From Thermoproteota archaeon (lineage in GTDB: Archaea > Thermoproteota > Thermoprotei > Gearchaeales > Gearchaeaceae): a stretch of 64,000 bases of DNA. This document shows positions 9,314-19,206 of this stretch, piece after piece. Every line of letters begins with the position of its first letter. The first letter of the stretch is position 1. The DNA is taken from assembly GCA_032249235.1 (NCBI GenBank), contig JAVVGF010000001.1, positions 352,001 to 416,000 on the forward strand, in the 5' to 3' direction. A program made the position numbers and the translations under genes. The notes beneath the pieces are model-generated. The model was not told the DNA's origin. It saw only the letters and a list, made by a program, of their open reading frames with translations, and did not search any database.

Positions 9314-11092
9314 GTGATTACAACAGCTGATTTATTCAAAGAATTTCCAAAAGGATATTGGAAGAAAAAATTAGAAGAGAAAATTCAAAAAAAGAATACC
9401 ATTTCTAGGCTTTACAACAAAGATGAAATGGAAAAAGTTTTTGAAGCTGAACAAACATGGAGGAAAGAAGTTTATGAACCATGGATTAAAGAAAGGCCTG
9501 AAAGAAAGCAAAAATTTGAAACAGCTTCAGGTATTGAATTAAAGCCTGTTTATACTCCTTATGATGTTAAGCATATTGACTATTTAGAAGATCTTAATCT
9601 TCCAGGATGTTTTCCCTTTACAAGAGGAATATATCCTTCAATGTATAGGGGTAAGCTATGGACGATAAGAGAATTTAGCGGTTTCGGTACTCCTGAGGAT
9701 ACTAATAAAAGACTGAAGTTTTTGCTTGAACATGGAGAAACAGGATTAAGTATAGCATTTGACATGCCTACGCTATATGGCTACGATGCAGATTCTCCTA
9801 GAGCTTTTGGAGAAGTGGGTAAAATGGGTGTTTCAGTAAGCTCTTTAAAGGATATGGAAATTTTATTTGAAGGAATACCTTTAGATCAAGTAACTACTTC
9901 AATGACGATTAATGCTCCTGCTATCGTATTGCTTGCTTTTTACATAGCTGTTGCTGAAAAACAAGGTGTTCCGTTGCATAAATTAAGTGGGACGATTCAA
10001 AATGATATGTTGAAAGAATACATTGCTCAGAAAGAATGGATATATCCTCCTGAAGCTCATTTGAGGATTATTAGAGATATAATGGAATTCTGCACTAAAA
10101 ACATGCCCAAGTGGAATTATATTAGTATAAGTGGTTATCACATAAGAGAAGCTGGTGCAAGTGCAATACAAGAATTAGCTTTCACTTTAATGGATGGTTT
10201 CACCTACGTTGAATTAGGAATTTCTGCAGGTTTAGATCCAAATGAATTCGCTACCAGACTTTCATTCTTCTTTAACTCGACTATGGATTTCTTTGAGGAA
10301 ATAGCAAAGTTTAGAGCTGCTAGAAGAATATGGGCAACAGTATTGAAAGAAAGATATGGTGTTAAGAATCCTAGAGCCTTATTACTTAGATTTCATACCC
10401 AAACTAGCGGTGCTTCTTTAACTTGGCAACAGCCTTTGAATAATATTGTAAGAACGGCGATAGAAGCATTAGCAGCAGTTTTAGGAGGAACACAAAGTTT
10501 ACATACCAATTCTTATGATGAAGCATTGTGTTTACCTACAGAAGAAGCAGTTGTTGTAGCTGTTAGGACACAACAAATAATTGCTCATGAAACAAATGTA
10601 GATGCAGTAATAGATCCTTTAGCAGGATCTTATTATGTTGAATGGTTGACGGATAAATTAGAAGAGGAGGCTTATAAATACTTCGATAAAATCGAAGAAT
10701 TAGGAGGTATGGTTGAAGCTATAAAGAAAGGATATCCACAAAAGGAAATAATTGAGAACGCATATAGACAAGCAATGAAAGTTGAGAATAAAGAAAGCAT
10801 AATAGTAGGTGTAAATGAATACATAGCTAAAGATGAAAAGATAGTTAACATATTCAGAACTGATCCTGAAGTTGAGAGGAAACAAAGGGAGAGATTAGAA
10901 AAATTGAAGCAAAGTAGAGATAACAAGAAGGTAAAAGAAGCTCTTGAAGAAGTGAGGAGGGCTTTCGAAGATCCTTCAATCAATCTCATGTATCCTATAT
11001 TGAAAGCTGTAAAAGCTTATGCTACACTTCAAGAAATAATGGATATAGGAAGAGAAGTCTATGGAACTTGGAAGGAACCTTCAATACTTTAG
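9314..11092 (+). CDS. B12-dependent acyl-CoA mutase, large subunit (methylmalonyl-CoA mutase family; isobutyryl-CoA-mutase-type residues)
   Basis: [66 protein letters not shown]. Confidence 0.9.
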   Translation: MITTADLFKEFPKGYWKKKLEEKIQKKNTISRLYNKDEMEKVFEAEQTWRKEVYEPWIKERPERKQKFETASGIELKPVYTPYDVKHIDYLEDLNLPGCFPFTRGIYPSMYRGKLWTIREFSGFGTPEDTNKRLKFLLEHGETGLSIAFDMPTLYGYDADSPRAFGEVGKMGVSVSSLKDMEILFEGIPLDQVTTSMTINAPAIVLLAFYIAVAEKQGVPLHKLSGTIQNDMLKEYIAQKEWIYPPEAHLRIIRDIMEFCTKNMPKWNYISISGYHIREAGASAIQELAFTLMDGFTYVELGISAGLDPNEFATRLSFFFNSTMDFFEEIAKFRAARRIWATVLKERYGVKNPRALLLRFHTQTSGASLTWQQPLNNIVRTAIEALAAVLGGTQSLHTNSYDEALCLPTEEAVVVAVRTQQIIAHETNVDAVIDPLAGSYYVEWLTDKLEEEAYKYFDKIEELGGMVEAIKKGYPQKEIIENAYRQAMKVENKESIIVGVNEYIAKDEKIVNIFRTDPEVERKQRERLEKLKQSRDNKKVKEALEEVRRAFEDPSINLMYPILKAVKAYATLQEIMDIGREVYGTWKEPSIL

Positions 11093-11099
11093 AGAAATA

Positions 11100-11531
11100 G
11101 TGAGTAAGCTTCCAAAAAGGATTAAAATTTTGGTAGCTAAACCTGGCTTAGACGCACATGATAGAGGTGTTCATGTTTTAATGCGCTATTTCAGAGATGC
11201 AGGTCTAGAAGTTGTTTATTCAGGAATTTTAGCTACAGTTGATGAAATAGTCCAAACTGCTATTGATGAAGATGTAGATGTGATAGCCCTTAGTTCTATG
11301 AACGGTGCACACATGGTTCATTTCCCTGCAGTAGTAGAGAAGTTAAGAGAAAGAGGTGCTAGTGATATAATTGTGGTAGGAGGTGGAATAATTCCTGAAG
11401 ATGATAAGCCGAAGCTTGAAGCGATAGGAGTTACAGGCAACTACGGTCCTGGTACGCCATTAGAAGTTATATTAGCTCATATTTTAAATAGGGTTATAAA
11501 AGAAAAATTTAAATTAGATATTAAAGTTTAG
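11100..11531 (+). CDS. Acyl-CoA mutase cobalamin-binding small subunit
   Basis: AKPGLDAHDRG (DxHxxG), SSMNGAH, GGGIIP, GPGT; GTG 11100 preferred as start. Confidence 0.9.
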   Translation: MSKLPKRIKILVAKPGLDAHDRGVHVLMRYFRDAGLEVVYSGILATVDEIVQTAIDEDVDVIALSSMNGAHMVHFPAVVEKLRERGASDIIVVGGGIIPEDDKPKLEAIGVTGNYGPGTPLEVILAHILNRVIKEKFKLDIKV

Positions 11532-12675
11532 AAAGCCAATCTCTTTTATAAGGAAACTTTAAATTCTTTGGCCCTATATACTCAGCTTTTGGTCTTATAA
11601 TCTTGTTATCTTGTATTTGTTCGATGTAATGTGCCGCCCAACCAACGACTCTTGCTATTGCAAAGATTGGAGTATATAACGGTATGTCTATTCCTAAGCA
11701 GTAATAAATCGGTCCGATCCAGAAATCAATATTAGCTGGTATCTTTCTTTCACGCCACATTACTTCTTCAAACCTAAGCATTATTTGATGTAGCTCTTTA
11801 TATTGCGGCTTTTTTTCTAAAATTTTTTCAAACAATTTCTTAGCAACAATGGTTCTAGGATCTAATTTTTTATATACTCGATGTCCAAATCCCATAACTT
11901 TTTCTTTCCTTGCAAGTGTTTCTAGTATATATTTCTCAGCTTCTTCAACACTTTTTATTTTAATCAACATCTCTGTAGCTTTCTCATTTGCACCACCATG
12001 TAAGGGGCCTTTCAATGCAGATAATCCTGCAGATATAGATGAATACATATCAGAAAGAGTTGAAGCTACAGTTCTAGTGGTGAATGTTGAAGCATTGAAG
12101 TCATGATCCATATACATAATCAGTGTTATATCGAAGATTCTACTCGTAAACTGATCTGGAACTTCGTTATTTAACATATATAAGAAATTCTCTGAATGGC
12201 TTAAATCAAATCTAGGCTTTACAGGTTCTAGATTTTTGAAAACTATTCTATATCCATTTGCAGTTATTGTTGCTAATTTTGAAATTATCTTAATAGCACG
12301 AAGAATTAAGTCATCATAGCTTTGACTATACCATTTTTCATCATAAGCAAGAAGAAGTTCAATACCGATTTTTTGAAGATCAATTGGTGTCAAATACTTA
12401 CCTCTTAGAGTTTTGAAAATATCGTATACTTCTTCAGGAACCTCTCTTTCTTTTTTCAATTTTGTGATGAAATCACTTAACTCATCTTCATTTGGCAATT
12501 TTCCCTTTAGAATTAGATAAGCAGTTTCTTCAAAAAATGAATTCTCTGCTAACTCTTCTATGTTATAGCCTCTATATATCAAGAAACCTTCAGGATCGCT
12601 TAAGGATATTGAAGATTTATCAACAAGGACATTTTCAAGACCTTTCGGAACTCTTATATATTCAGGTTTCTCCAT
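11521..12675 (-). CDS. prpC: 2-methylcitrate/citrate synthase
   Basis: DHDFNASTF, GPLHGGANE, GFGHRVYK..DPR, ANIDF; co-oriented with prpB and prpD. Confidence 0.85.
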   Translation of the reverse strand: MEKPEYIRVPKGLENVLVDKSSISLSDPEGFLIYRGYNIEELAENSFFEETAYLILKGKLPNEDELSDFITKLKKEREVPEEVYDIFKTLRGKYLTPIDLQKIGIELLLAYDEKWYSQSYDDLILRAIKIISKLATITANGYRIVFKNLEPVKPRFDLSHSENFLYMLNNEVPDQFTSRIFDITLIMYMDHDFNASTFTTRTVASTLSDMYSSISAGLSALKGPLHGGANEKATEMLIKIKSVEEAEKYILETLARKEKVMGFGHRVYKKLDPRTIVAKKLFEKILEKKPQYKELHQIMLRFEEVMWRERKIPANIDFWIGPIYYCLGIDIPLYTPIFAIARVVGWAAHYIEQIQDNKIIRPKAEYIGPKNLKFPYKRDWLSKL

Positions 12676-12696
12676 CAAGTTATCTTAAGGTAATTA

Positions 12697-13557
12697 TTAT
12701 TTAAAGCTTGAACTAGCAACTTTCTTATCTAACTCAATATATTGCTGGTAATTAATGAGCTCATAAAATTCTTTTCTGCTCATCATTTTTTCAACGAAAA
12801 ATTTTTGCGTTCCTTTTTCTTTGATCTCCTTAAGTACTTCTTTCATAGCATATAATGATGCTCTTAACAAGGTTACTGGGAAAAGAACGATATCATAACC
12901 TGCTTCTCTGAATTCATCTAGAGTCAAATAAGGTGTTTTACCGAATTCTGTCATATTTGCTACTAATGGGGCTTTAATTTCTTTAGAAAACATTTTGAAT
13001 TCTTCATAACTTTCCAAAGCTTCAGGAAATATTACGTCTGCACCTGCTTCTAAATATATTTTAGCTCTCTCTATTGCTCCTTTAATTCCTTCAATTGTTC
13101 TTGCATCTGTCCTAGCTATTATCAAAAAGTCATCTTTTTTCCTAGCTTCCATAGCCATTCTTATCTTTTTAACCATTTCATCAACATTAACGAGTTGTTT
13201 ATCTTCTAGATGTCCGCATTTTTTGGGCATAACTTGATCTTCAATTTGAATAGCATTAGCGCCTGCTCTTTCTAATTCTTTAACTGTTCTATAAACGTTT
13301 ATCGCTTCTCCATATCCTGTATCAACATCAACTATTAAAGGTAAATCTGTTACAGCCCTTATTTCGTCAACAAGCCTTTTAACTTCTGTTAAAGTTATAA
13401 CTCCTAAATCAGGTAAAGCCATGCTGCCTGAATATGCTGCTCCTGATAAGTAAAGGATTTCAAAGCCGAATTTTTCGCATAAAAGAGCGGAAATCGCATT
13501 AAAAACTCCGATAGCTGGTCTAGCTTTTTTATCGAGCAATTTCCTTAATTCTGTCAT
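12697..13557 (-). CDS. prpB: Methylisocitrate lyase
   Basis: YLSGA, DVDTGYG, IEDQVMPKKCGHL, ARTDA, ANMTEFGKTP. Confidence 0.93.
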   Translation of the reverse strand: MTELRKLLDKKARPAIGVFNAISALLCEKFGFEILYLSGAAYSGSMALPDLGVITLTEVKRLVDEIRAVTDLPLIVDVDTGYGEAINVYRTVKELERAGANAIQIEDQVMPKKCGHLEDKQLVNVDEMVKKIRMAMEARKKDDFLIIARTDARTIEGIKGAIERAKIYLEAGADVIFPEALESYEEFKMFSKEIKAPLVANMTEFGKTPYLTLDEFREAGYDIVLFPVTLLRASLYAMKEVLKEIKEKGTQKFFVEKMMSRKEFYELINYQQYIELDKKVASSSFK

Positions 13558-13595
13558 AACATAAAAATAGTTAAAGTAGTATTAATGAAGAGACT

Positions 13596-14927
13596 TTAAA
13601 AAATTAGTTGTTCAACTACGTCTTTTACTTTTTTATTTTCAATATTATTCAGATCTTTCAACAAATCTTTCGTTCGATCTTTAAGTAATGGTTCAATCAT
13701 TTTCTTGAATTTGTTTTCTAATTCATGATCAGATAAAGGATTCTTAAAATGCCCTTTAGGATAAATGACTTCCTCTGATACAGTTTTTTCTTTAGATTTA
13801 ATAGTGATCCTTGCAGGAACAGCTTCTGGATACAATTTATCCAATCTTTCATCTACAGCTATTTTCATTTTCTTAATTAGTGATTTAACCAAAGGATCTC
13901 CTAGATCATAGTAAGAATCCACTTCTATTTTTCCTTTTGCCAAAATATATGCTACTATGAAGGGTAAACTATGATCAGCCGTTTCTTTAGTCTTAGGATC
14001 CCACTTTTCAGGATCCTTTACAATTATGTTATAAGAAACTTTGAATGTATCTATTTCTATACTTTCAATATTTTCGATTTCGATTCTATCTCTTATTTTA
14101 AATGCAGCTTCAGCAGCACCCATTGAATGATATTCTACAGGATAATTCTTAATGCTCGTTTCTATAATTTTGAAACTTGTTTTCAAATCCAAATCGAATT
14201 CACCTGAGATTTGTTTGAAAAATCCTCTTTCTCCTTCGAATACAGGTGCAGGACCTGTTACCCCTTGTTCTGCCAATAAGGTATAGAAAACAGCATTCCT
14301 AACAGCATTAGGAGCACTTAAACCTTTCCACATGCTTAGTTCTCCAATTCTTGTTTGTCTTAGCGTTATAACATTTGAGGCTGTTAAATTTATAGCTTGA
14401 GTTATTTTTTCTGTGCTTAGATCCATCAGTTTTCCTAAGGCTGCTGATGTTCCAATCGCTATGTAAGAAATGTGATCCCATCCTCTTTCTCTTATACTTG
14501 CAGCATCTGCAAGCTTGCAAATTATTTCGTAAGCAATATTTATAGCTAAGATTAGATCTTTACCTTCTAAATCTAAATTTTCTGCAACTGCCATTAAACC
14601 TGCTATACAATCGCTTGGATGAAGTGCTTCTTTGGATAAATAAGTATCATTATAATCATAATATCGCGTCATGGCTGAATTTACAAATGAAGCATATTCT
14701 AAACTTGTTTTCTTTCCAGAACCCCATATAGTTGCGCTTCTTTCAGAGCTGGTTTTTTCAACAACGTTTCTTATTTTCTTTATAGGTTCTTCTTTTAAAG
14801 CAGGAAGAGCTACTGCAATGCTATCAATAATTCTTCTTTTGGCTTCTTTTATTGCATGCGAATTTAAATCTTTATAATTAAAATCTCTGACGAATTCTGC
14901 TATTCTTTCAGCAAGAAATTTGCTCAT
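13596..14927 (-). CDS. prpD: 2-methylcitrate dehydratase (MmgE/PrpD family)
   Basis: RYYDYNDTY..EALHPSD, GWDH, RIGELSMWKG, ETADHSLP, PKGHFKNP. Confidence 0.9.
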   Translation of the reverse strand: MSKFLAERIAEFVRDFNYKDLNSHAIKEAKRRIIDSIAVALPALKEEPIKKIRNVVEKTSSERSATIWGSGKKTSLEYASFVNSAMTRYYDYNDTYLSKEALHPSDCIAGLMAVAENLDLEGKDLILAINIAYEIICKLADAASIRERGWDHISYIAIGTSAALGKLMDLSTEKITQAINLTASNVITLRQTRIGELSMWKGLSAPNAVRNAVFYTLLAEQGVTGPAPVFEGERGFFKQISGEFDLDLKTSFKIIETSIKNYPVEYHSMGAAEAAFKIRDRIEIENIESIEIDTFKVSYNIIVKDPEKWDPKTKETADHSLPFIVAYILAKGKIEVDSYYDLGDPLVKSLIKKMKIAVDERLDKLYPEAVPARITIKSKEKTVSEEVIYPKGHFKNPLSDHELENKFKKMIEPLLKDRTKDLLKDLNNIENKKVKDVVEQLIF

Positions 14928-15051
14928 AATATTTCATATGCTCTACTTAATAAAAAAGAAGATTTTTCTCAATCATTTAAAGTCTATTTATTCATTTTCA
15001 TTATATTTTTTTATCTTAAAGTATTTAATATGAATAATAAGCTGAAATCGT

Positions 15052-15597
15052 ATGGAAGCTACATTACTAAAGTCAAAGGAAGAAACAATTCGTAGAGAGA
15101 AGAAAAAGGCTATATTATTGTTGAGCAAAGGATACATTCCTAAAGATTACCCTAAAGAAAAACTTCTTGAATACTTCATACTCAAGCTTAATTATGAACT
15201 TAATAAAAATGTTGATGAGAATAAATTAAAGGAACTTGAAAATGAGATAATAAATTGGCCTAGGAATCCTAACAATGATCCTTCTTATTTTAATTTGATA
15301 AATCTTCGTGAGGAGTTGTATTTCGTTTTAGGTTTCAACGTTGAGTTTGCCTTTGAGGAATATTGTGCTCCAAGAGTAAAGGATGCAATTTTTAATTTAT
15401 TAAGCAAGGGTTATTCCTCAATAATAATAGTGCCTATCGATTATATTGTAGGAATAAATGAGAGAACTTTAAAAGAAATTGAAGAAATCAAAAACTCTAA
15501 AGAAATAGAAATACAAATTGCCTGGCCATACAAGCTCGGTCTTCAAGCAGATTTCATAGCAACTCATCTACTTTCTTTCTTAAGAAAGCCAAGATAA
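15052..15597 (+). CDS. CbiX/SirB-like short chelatase-fold protein, apparently lacking the metal-binding histidines
   Basis: WPRNPNNDP...FAFEEYCAP...IIIVP...IAWPY pattern of the short CbiX family; HG replaced by KG. Confidence 0.6.
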   Translation: MEATLLKSKEETIRREKKKAILLLSKGYIPKDYPKEKLLEYFILKLNYELNKNVDENKLKELENEIINWPRNPNNDPSYFNLINLREELYFVLGFNVEFAFEEYCAPRVKDAIFNLLSKGYSSIIIVPIDYIVGINERTLKEIEEIKNSKEIEIQIAWPYKLGLQADFIATHLLSFLRKPR

Positions 15598-15678
15598 TTT
15601 CATGGAAAAGTCTAATCTAAATTAAGTTTTATCATCAGCTATTTTCTCTTAAATATTTATCATTAAAGTTTAAACAGA

Positions 15679-16323
15679 ATGGCAAGCAAATTAGAGAAAG
15701 AATGGGATAAACCTATAACAGAGCCTTTATCTGAGAAGATAAAAGATGCAATACAACCAAGTGCACCACTAAAACAGAGGATTTTCCAGGTCATACACCG
15801 ATTAAAATTACAATCAAGCAAATTAGATTTACTTGCGGAAAGGTTGAGAGAAAAAGATAGAAGATTATTCGAAAAAGTAGTAGATAGTTATGTAAAGCAC
15901 GATATGGATAAAGCAAAAATATTTGCTAATGAAACAGCAAATACAAGGAAAGCATTAAAGCTTGTTGAGAATTGCAAATCAGCTTTAGAATCTGTTGTAT
16001 TGAGACTTGAGACTGTTCAATCAGTTGGTGATGTTGCGGTAGCCATAAGCGGGGCAATAAGCGTAATACAATCTGTAAGAGGTAAATTAAGCGGTATATT
16101 CCCAGAACTTGATAAAGAACTAGTTGCCATAAACGAGAATCTATCAGGTTTGCTATATGAAACTGCAGGACCTGAAGGAATGATTGGAGGCTTTGAAGTA
16201 ACCACTGAAGAATCGGAAGCCATATTGAAGGAAGCAGTAAGCGTTGCAGAATCAAGAGCTAAAGAGAAATTCTCAGAAATACCTATAGGTACAGGCTTAA
16301 ACGTCGAGCAAAAACAAAATTAG
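15679..16323 (+). CDS. ESCRT-III/CdvB-family (Snf7) protein
   Basis: PLKQRI...RLREKDRRLFEKVV...AKIFANE...ALESVVLRLETV...EAILKEA...KEKF follows the crenarchaeal CdvB paralog pattern; no C-terminal winged helix. Confidence 0.85.
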   Translation: MASKLEKEWDKPITEPLSEKIKDAIQPSAPLKQRIFQVIHRLKLQSSKLDLLAERLREKDRRLFEKVVDSYVKHDMDKAKIFANETANTRKALKLVENCKSALESVVLRLETVQSVGDVAVAISGAISVIQSVRGKLSGIFPELDKELVAINENLSGLLYETAGPEGMIGGFEVTTEESEAILKEAVSVAESRAKEKFSEIPIGTGLNVEQKQN

Positions 16324-16358
16324 TTAACTTTAATTTTTTATTTTTTTATTTTTTTCAT

Positions 16359-17657
16359 GTGAATCATAGATATTCTATTTTAGCATTATTGATTTTTCTA
16401 TCATTTATTATCTCAGTCAATATTCTTCATGCACAAAATACTGATAAGTATTATGTTATCTCAATAAATCAAAACATAGATTTAGGTTCGCAAGTTTTTC
16501 TTGAGCAATCTATTGATTATGCTGTAAATAACGGCTATAAAGGTGTGGTTATAGTACTCAATACTTTTGGAGGATATTCAACAAGCATGGAAGCAATGAT
16601 TCAAAAGATTCAGTATGCGCAATCTAAAAACGTTGAAGTCATCACTGTAGTAGCTCCAGTAGGTGCACACGCTACAAGTGCAGGTTCTTTCATAGCGCTC
16701 GCTTCAAGCAAAATATATATGGTTAAAGGAACTTCTATTGGTTCTGCAACACCTGTATTAGGAGCAGTAGATGAAGATACTAAGAGAAAAGTCATAGAAG
16801 CTTTCGCAGCATATGCTAGAGCCCTTGCTGAAGCAAAAGGAAGAAATGCTACAGCAGCAGAAGAAATGGTCACTTTAGGGAAATCTTACACAGCTGAAGA
16901 AGCATATAAATTGAAACTGATTGATGGTGTTCTTAATTCACAAAGCGTTAATGGTGCTTTGAGTGAACTTAATTTGAATTATGATACAATTCATACACCA
17001 GGATTTTATTCTAACTTTCTTTCAGTTTTATCTGATCCAAATGTAGCTGCAGCTTTAACTTTATTGGCTACTTTTGGTCTTTTATTTGGAATAGTAGCCC
17101 AATCTGAAATCGTCATCGCCGCTGGAATAGTTGCGTTAATTTTGACTTTAGTCAGTTATTCAATAATTTCTCCTTTCGTAGGTGCAATTCTATTATTTAT
17201 CGTTGGAGCTATTTTGTTATTGGTAGAGCTAAAAATAGGAGAAGGATTAGGAGCAATTCCTGCTGCAATATTCATGGCAATAGGTTTTCTTTTGCTTTAT
17301 ATTCCTGTAACACCTCCTGAAATAAAGCCAGGAGAATTGCCAAAAGTAAGTTTCATAGAAATAGGTATTTCGCAATATGCAATCGCTGCAGCAATTGTTG
17401 TACTAGGTTCTATTGCAGGGATCTATTTACATAAAATAGCAGAAACTGTTAGAAAAAGAACTGCTTTATTGGATGTGAATAAGTTAATCAATAAAACAGG
17501 TTATACTATTACCGAAATCTTACCTGATAAACCTGGGGTTGTCAACGTAGAATTTGAAGAGTGGACTGCTAAGAGCGATGAAGAAATACCACCAAATACC
17601 AAAATTAAAGTCGTAGGGATAGAAGGAAATATATTAAAAGTTAAAAGAACAGAATGA
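16359..17657 (+). CDS. Long-form NfeD membrane serine protease (ClpP-like domain, TM segments, OB fold)
   Basis: Signal peptide, LNTFGG, ATSAGSFIALAS, GTSIGSATP, GRNATAAEEMV, C-terminal GVVNVEFEEWTAKS. Confidence 0.9.
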   Translation: MNHRYSILALLIFLSFIISVNILHAQNTDKYYVISINQNIDLGSQVFLEQSIDYAVNNGYKGVVIVLNTFGGYSTSMEAMIQKIQYAQSKNVEVITVVAPVGAHATSAGSFIALASSKIYMVKGTSIGSATPVLGAVDEDTKRKVIEAFAAYARALAEAKGRNATAAEEMVTLGKSYTAEEAYKLKLIDGVLNSQSVNGALSELNLNYDTIHTPGFYSNFLSVLSDPNVAAALTLLATFGLLFGIVAQSEIVIAAGIVALILTLVSYSIISPFVGAILLFIVGAILLLVELKIGEGLGAIPAAIFMAIGFLLLYIPVTPPEIKPGELPKVSFIEIGISQYAIAAAIVVLGSIAGIYLHKIAETVRKRTALLDVNKLINKTGYTITEILPDKPGVVNVEFEEWTAKSDEEIPPNTKIKVVGIEGNILKVKRTE

Positions 17658-18043
17658 GTTTTTCAATAAAAATAGGTCTTATTGCAACCTTATTTTTTAT
17701 TGCAATCGCCTTGTTTGGAGCGTTTGTAATATATGTTTCATTTATTCAAAATGATTTTCTTTTATTTCTTGCAGGTTATATCTTGATACTTATTTCCATT
17801 GTGTCGTTTTTTGCCTTAGGCGTCGTAGATGTGACAATTAGGAAGAAAAAATACTTCGATATAAATAGGCTGAAAGGAAATTATGCTGAAGCAAAGACAG
17901 ATATGGAAAAAGGATCTAAAGGAGTAGTTTATGCAGAAGGGGAAGAATGGACTGCAATAGCGATGGATAATATAAAACGTGGAGAAAAAGTAATCATAGA
18001 AAAAATAGAGGGTAGCGTATTATATGTAAAGAAAAAAGAATAA
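17654..18043 (+). CDS. Short-form NfeD family protein
   Basis: Two TM helices plus GVVYAEGEEWTA...GEKVIIEKIEGSVLYV OB fold. Confidence 0.85.
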   Translation: MSFSIKIGLIATLFFIAIALFGAFVIYVSFIQNDFLLFLAGYILILISIVSFFALGVVDVTIRKKKYFDINRLKGNYAEAKTDMEKGSKGVVYAEGEEWTAIAMDNIKRGEKVIIEKIEGSVLYVKKKE

Positions 18044-18045
18044 AC

Positions 18046-18051
18046 TTATAA
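18046..18051 (+). promoter_or_regulatory. Putative archaeal TATA box upstream of the stomatin gene
   Basis: TTATAA about 25 nt upstream of ATG 18076, preceded by a purine-rich BRE-like run; suggests a leaderless transcript. Confidence 0.35.
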
Positions 18052-18075
18052 TCTTAATAAGCATTATAAAATCGA

Positions 18076-19020
18076 ATGATACCAATTATTTTTCAAGTTT
18101 TAGCTAGCCCAGCAACAATATTTTTAATTATAATCCTCATCATAATTGTAGTCATTCTAATAAGAGCTTCAATAAGAAGAGTTTATGAATATGAGCGTTT
18201 AATTGTATTTAGGCTAGGTAAGTTTGTTGCTGAAAAAGGACCTGGCTTAGTTTTCATCATTCCTTTTATTGATACAACGCAAAAAGTAGATTTAAGAGAA
18301 AGATATATTTCTGTCACAAAGCAAACATGTATAACTAAAGATAATGCGCCTGTAGATATAGATTTTTTGATTTATTATAGAGTAATTTCAGCATCAGATT
18401 CTGTATTAAAAGTACAGAACTTTGAAGGTGCAGCTACGGGTATAGGAACTACTACTCTTAGAGCTGTAATAGGAGACATTTTGCTAGATGAAGTTTTATC
18501 TAAAAGAGAAACAATAAACCAAATTCTCAGGGCTAAATTAGATGAAGTAACGGGAAGATGGGGCGTAAAGATAACGAACGTTGAAATAAGAGAAATTCTA
18601 CCTCCAAAGCAAGTTCAAGATGCTATGATTTTACAAATGTCTGCAGAGAGAAGCAGGAGAGCTTTAATTACTGAAGCGGATGGTAAAAAGCAAGCTGCAA
18701 TTACAATTGCAGAAGGAGAAAAGCAAGCTGCAATTTTAAAAGCTGAAGGAGATAGGCAAGCTGCGATACTTAGAGCGGAGGGTGAAAGACAAGCTACAAT
18801 ATTAAGAGCAGAAGGTTATTCGATGGCTTTAGATCTTATATTCAATGTAGCAAAGAAACTTGATAGTAATACTATGATGCTTCAATACTTCGATGCTTTA
18901 AAAACCTTGGCTCAAAGTCCGTCTACAAAATTCATATTCCCGATGGAATTCACTTCTTTGTTAGCTCCAATACAAGAAATGGTAAGAAGATCTTCAAACA
19001 AAGAAAGTTCTTCTCAGTGA
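18076..19020 (+). CDS. SPFH/band 7 (stomatin/QmcA-like) protein
   Basis: N-terminal TM, YERLIVFRLGK, GPGLVFIIPFID, ITKDN, WGVKITNVEIR, AEG..QA.IL repeats. Confidence 0.92.
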   Translation: MIPIIFQVLASPATIFLIIILIIIVVILIRASIRRVYEYERLIVFRLGKFVAEKGPGLVFIIPFIDTTQKVDLRERYISVTKQTCITKDNAPVDIDFLIYYRVISASDSVLKVQNFEGAATGIGTTTLRAVIGDILLDEVLSKRETINQILRAKLDEVTGRWGVKITNVEIREILPPKQVQDAMILQMSAERSRRALITEADGKKQAAITIAEGEKQAAILKAEGDRQAAILRAEGERQATILRAEGYSMALDLIFNVAKKLDSNTMMLQYFDALKTLAQSPSTKFIFPMEFTSLLAPIQEMVRRSSNKESSSQ

Positions 19021-19167
19021 TTATTCAGGTATACTTTCTGTTTCAAGTTTACCATCTTTCAAATAAACGATTAAAAATCTGTTATCTTCGAAAACCAAAG
19101 TTATTTCATTGGGTTTTTCGTCAACAGTGAGTAGTCTTCTTCCGATAACTCCATCATATTTAGCCAT
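19021..19167 (-). CDS. Conserved small hypothetical protein (48 aa), not in ORF track
   Basis: MAKYDGVIGRRLLTVDEKPNEITLVFEDNRFLIVYLKDGKLETESIPE; clean ATG to TAA, host-like codon usage. Confidence 0.7.
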   Translation of the reverse strand: MAKYDGVIGRRLLTVDEKPNEITLVFEDNRFLIVYLKDGKLETESIPE

Positions 19168-19206
19168 ACTTTAAAAATAAAAAAATTAAGTTATATAAAA
19201 AATATT

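Noticed and set aside
18660-18820. Tandem 33-nt-period repeats in the SPFH gene (AEG..QA.IL)
   Set aside because: Normal 11-residue coiled-coil repeats of QmcA/stomatin-like proteins; in frame and degenerate, not a CRISPR array or VNTR.
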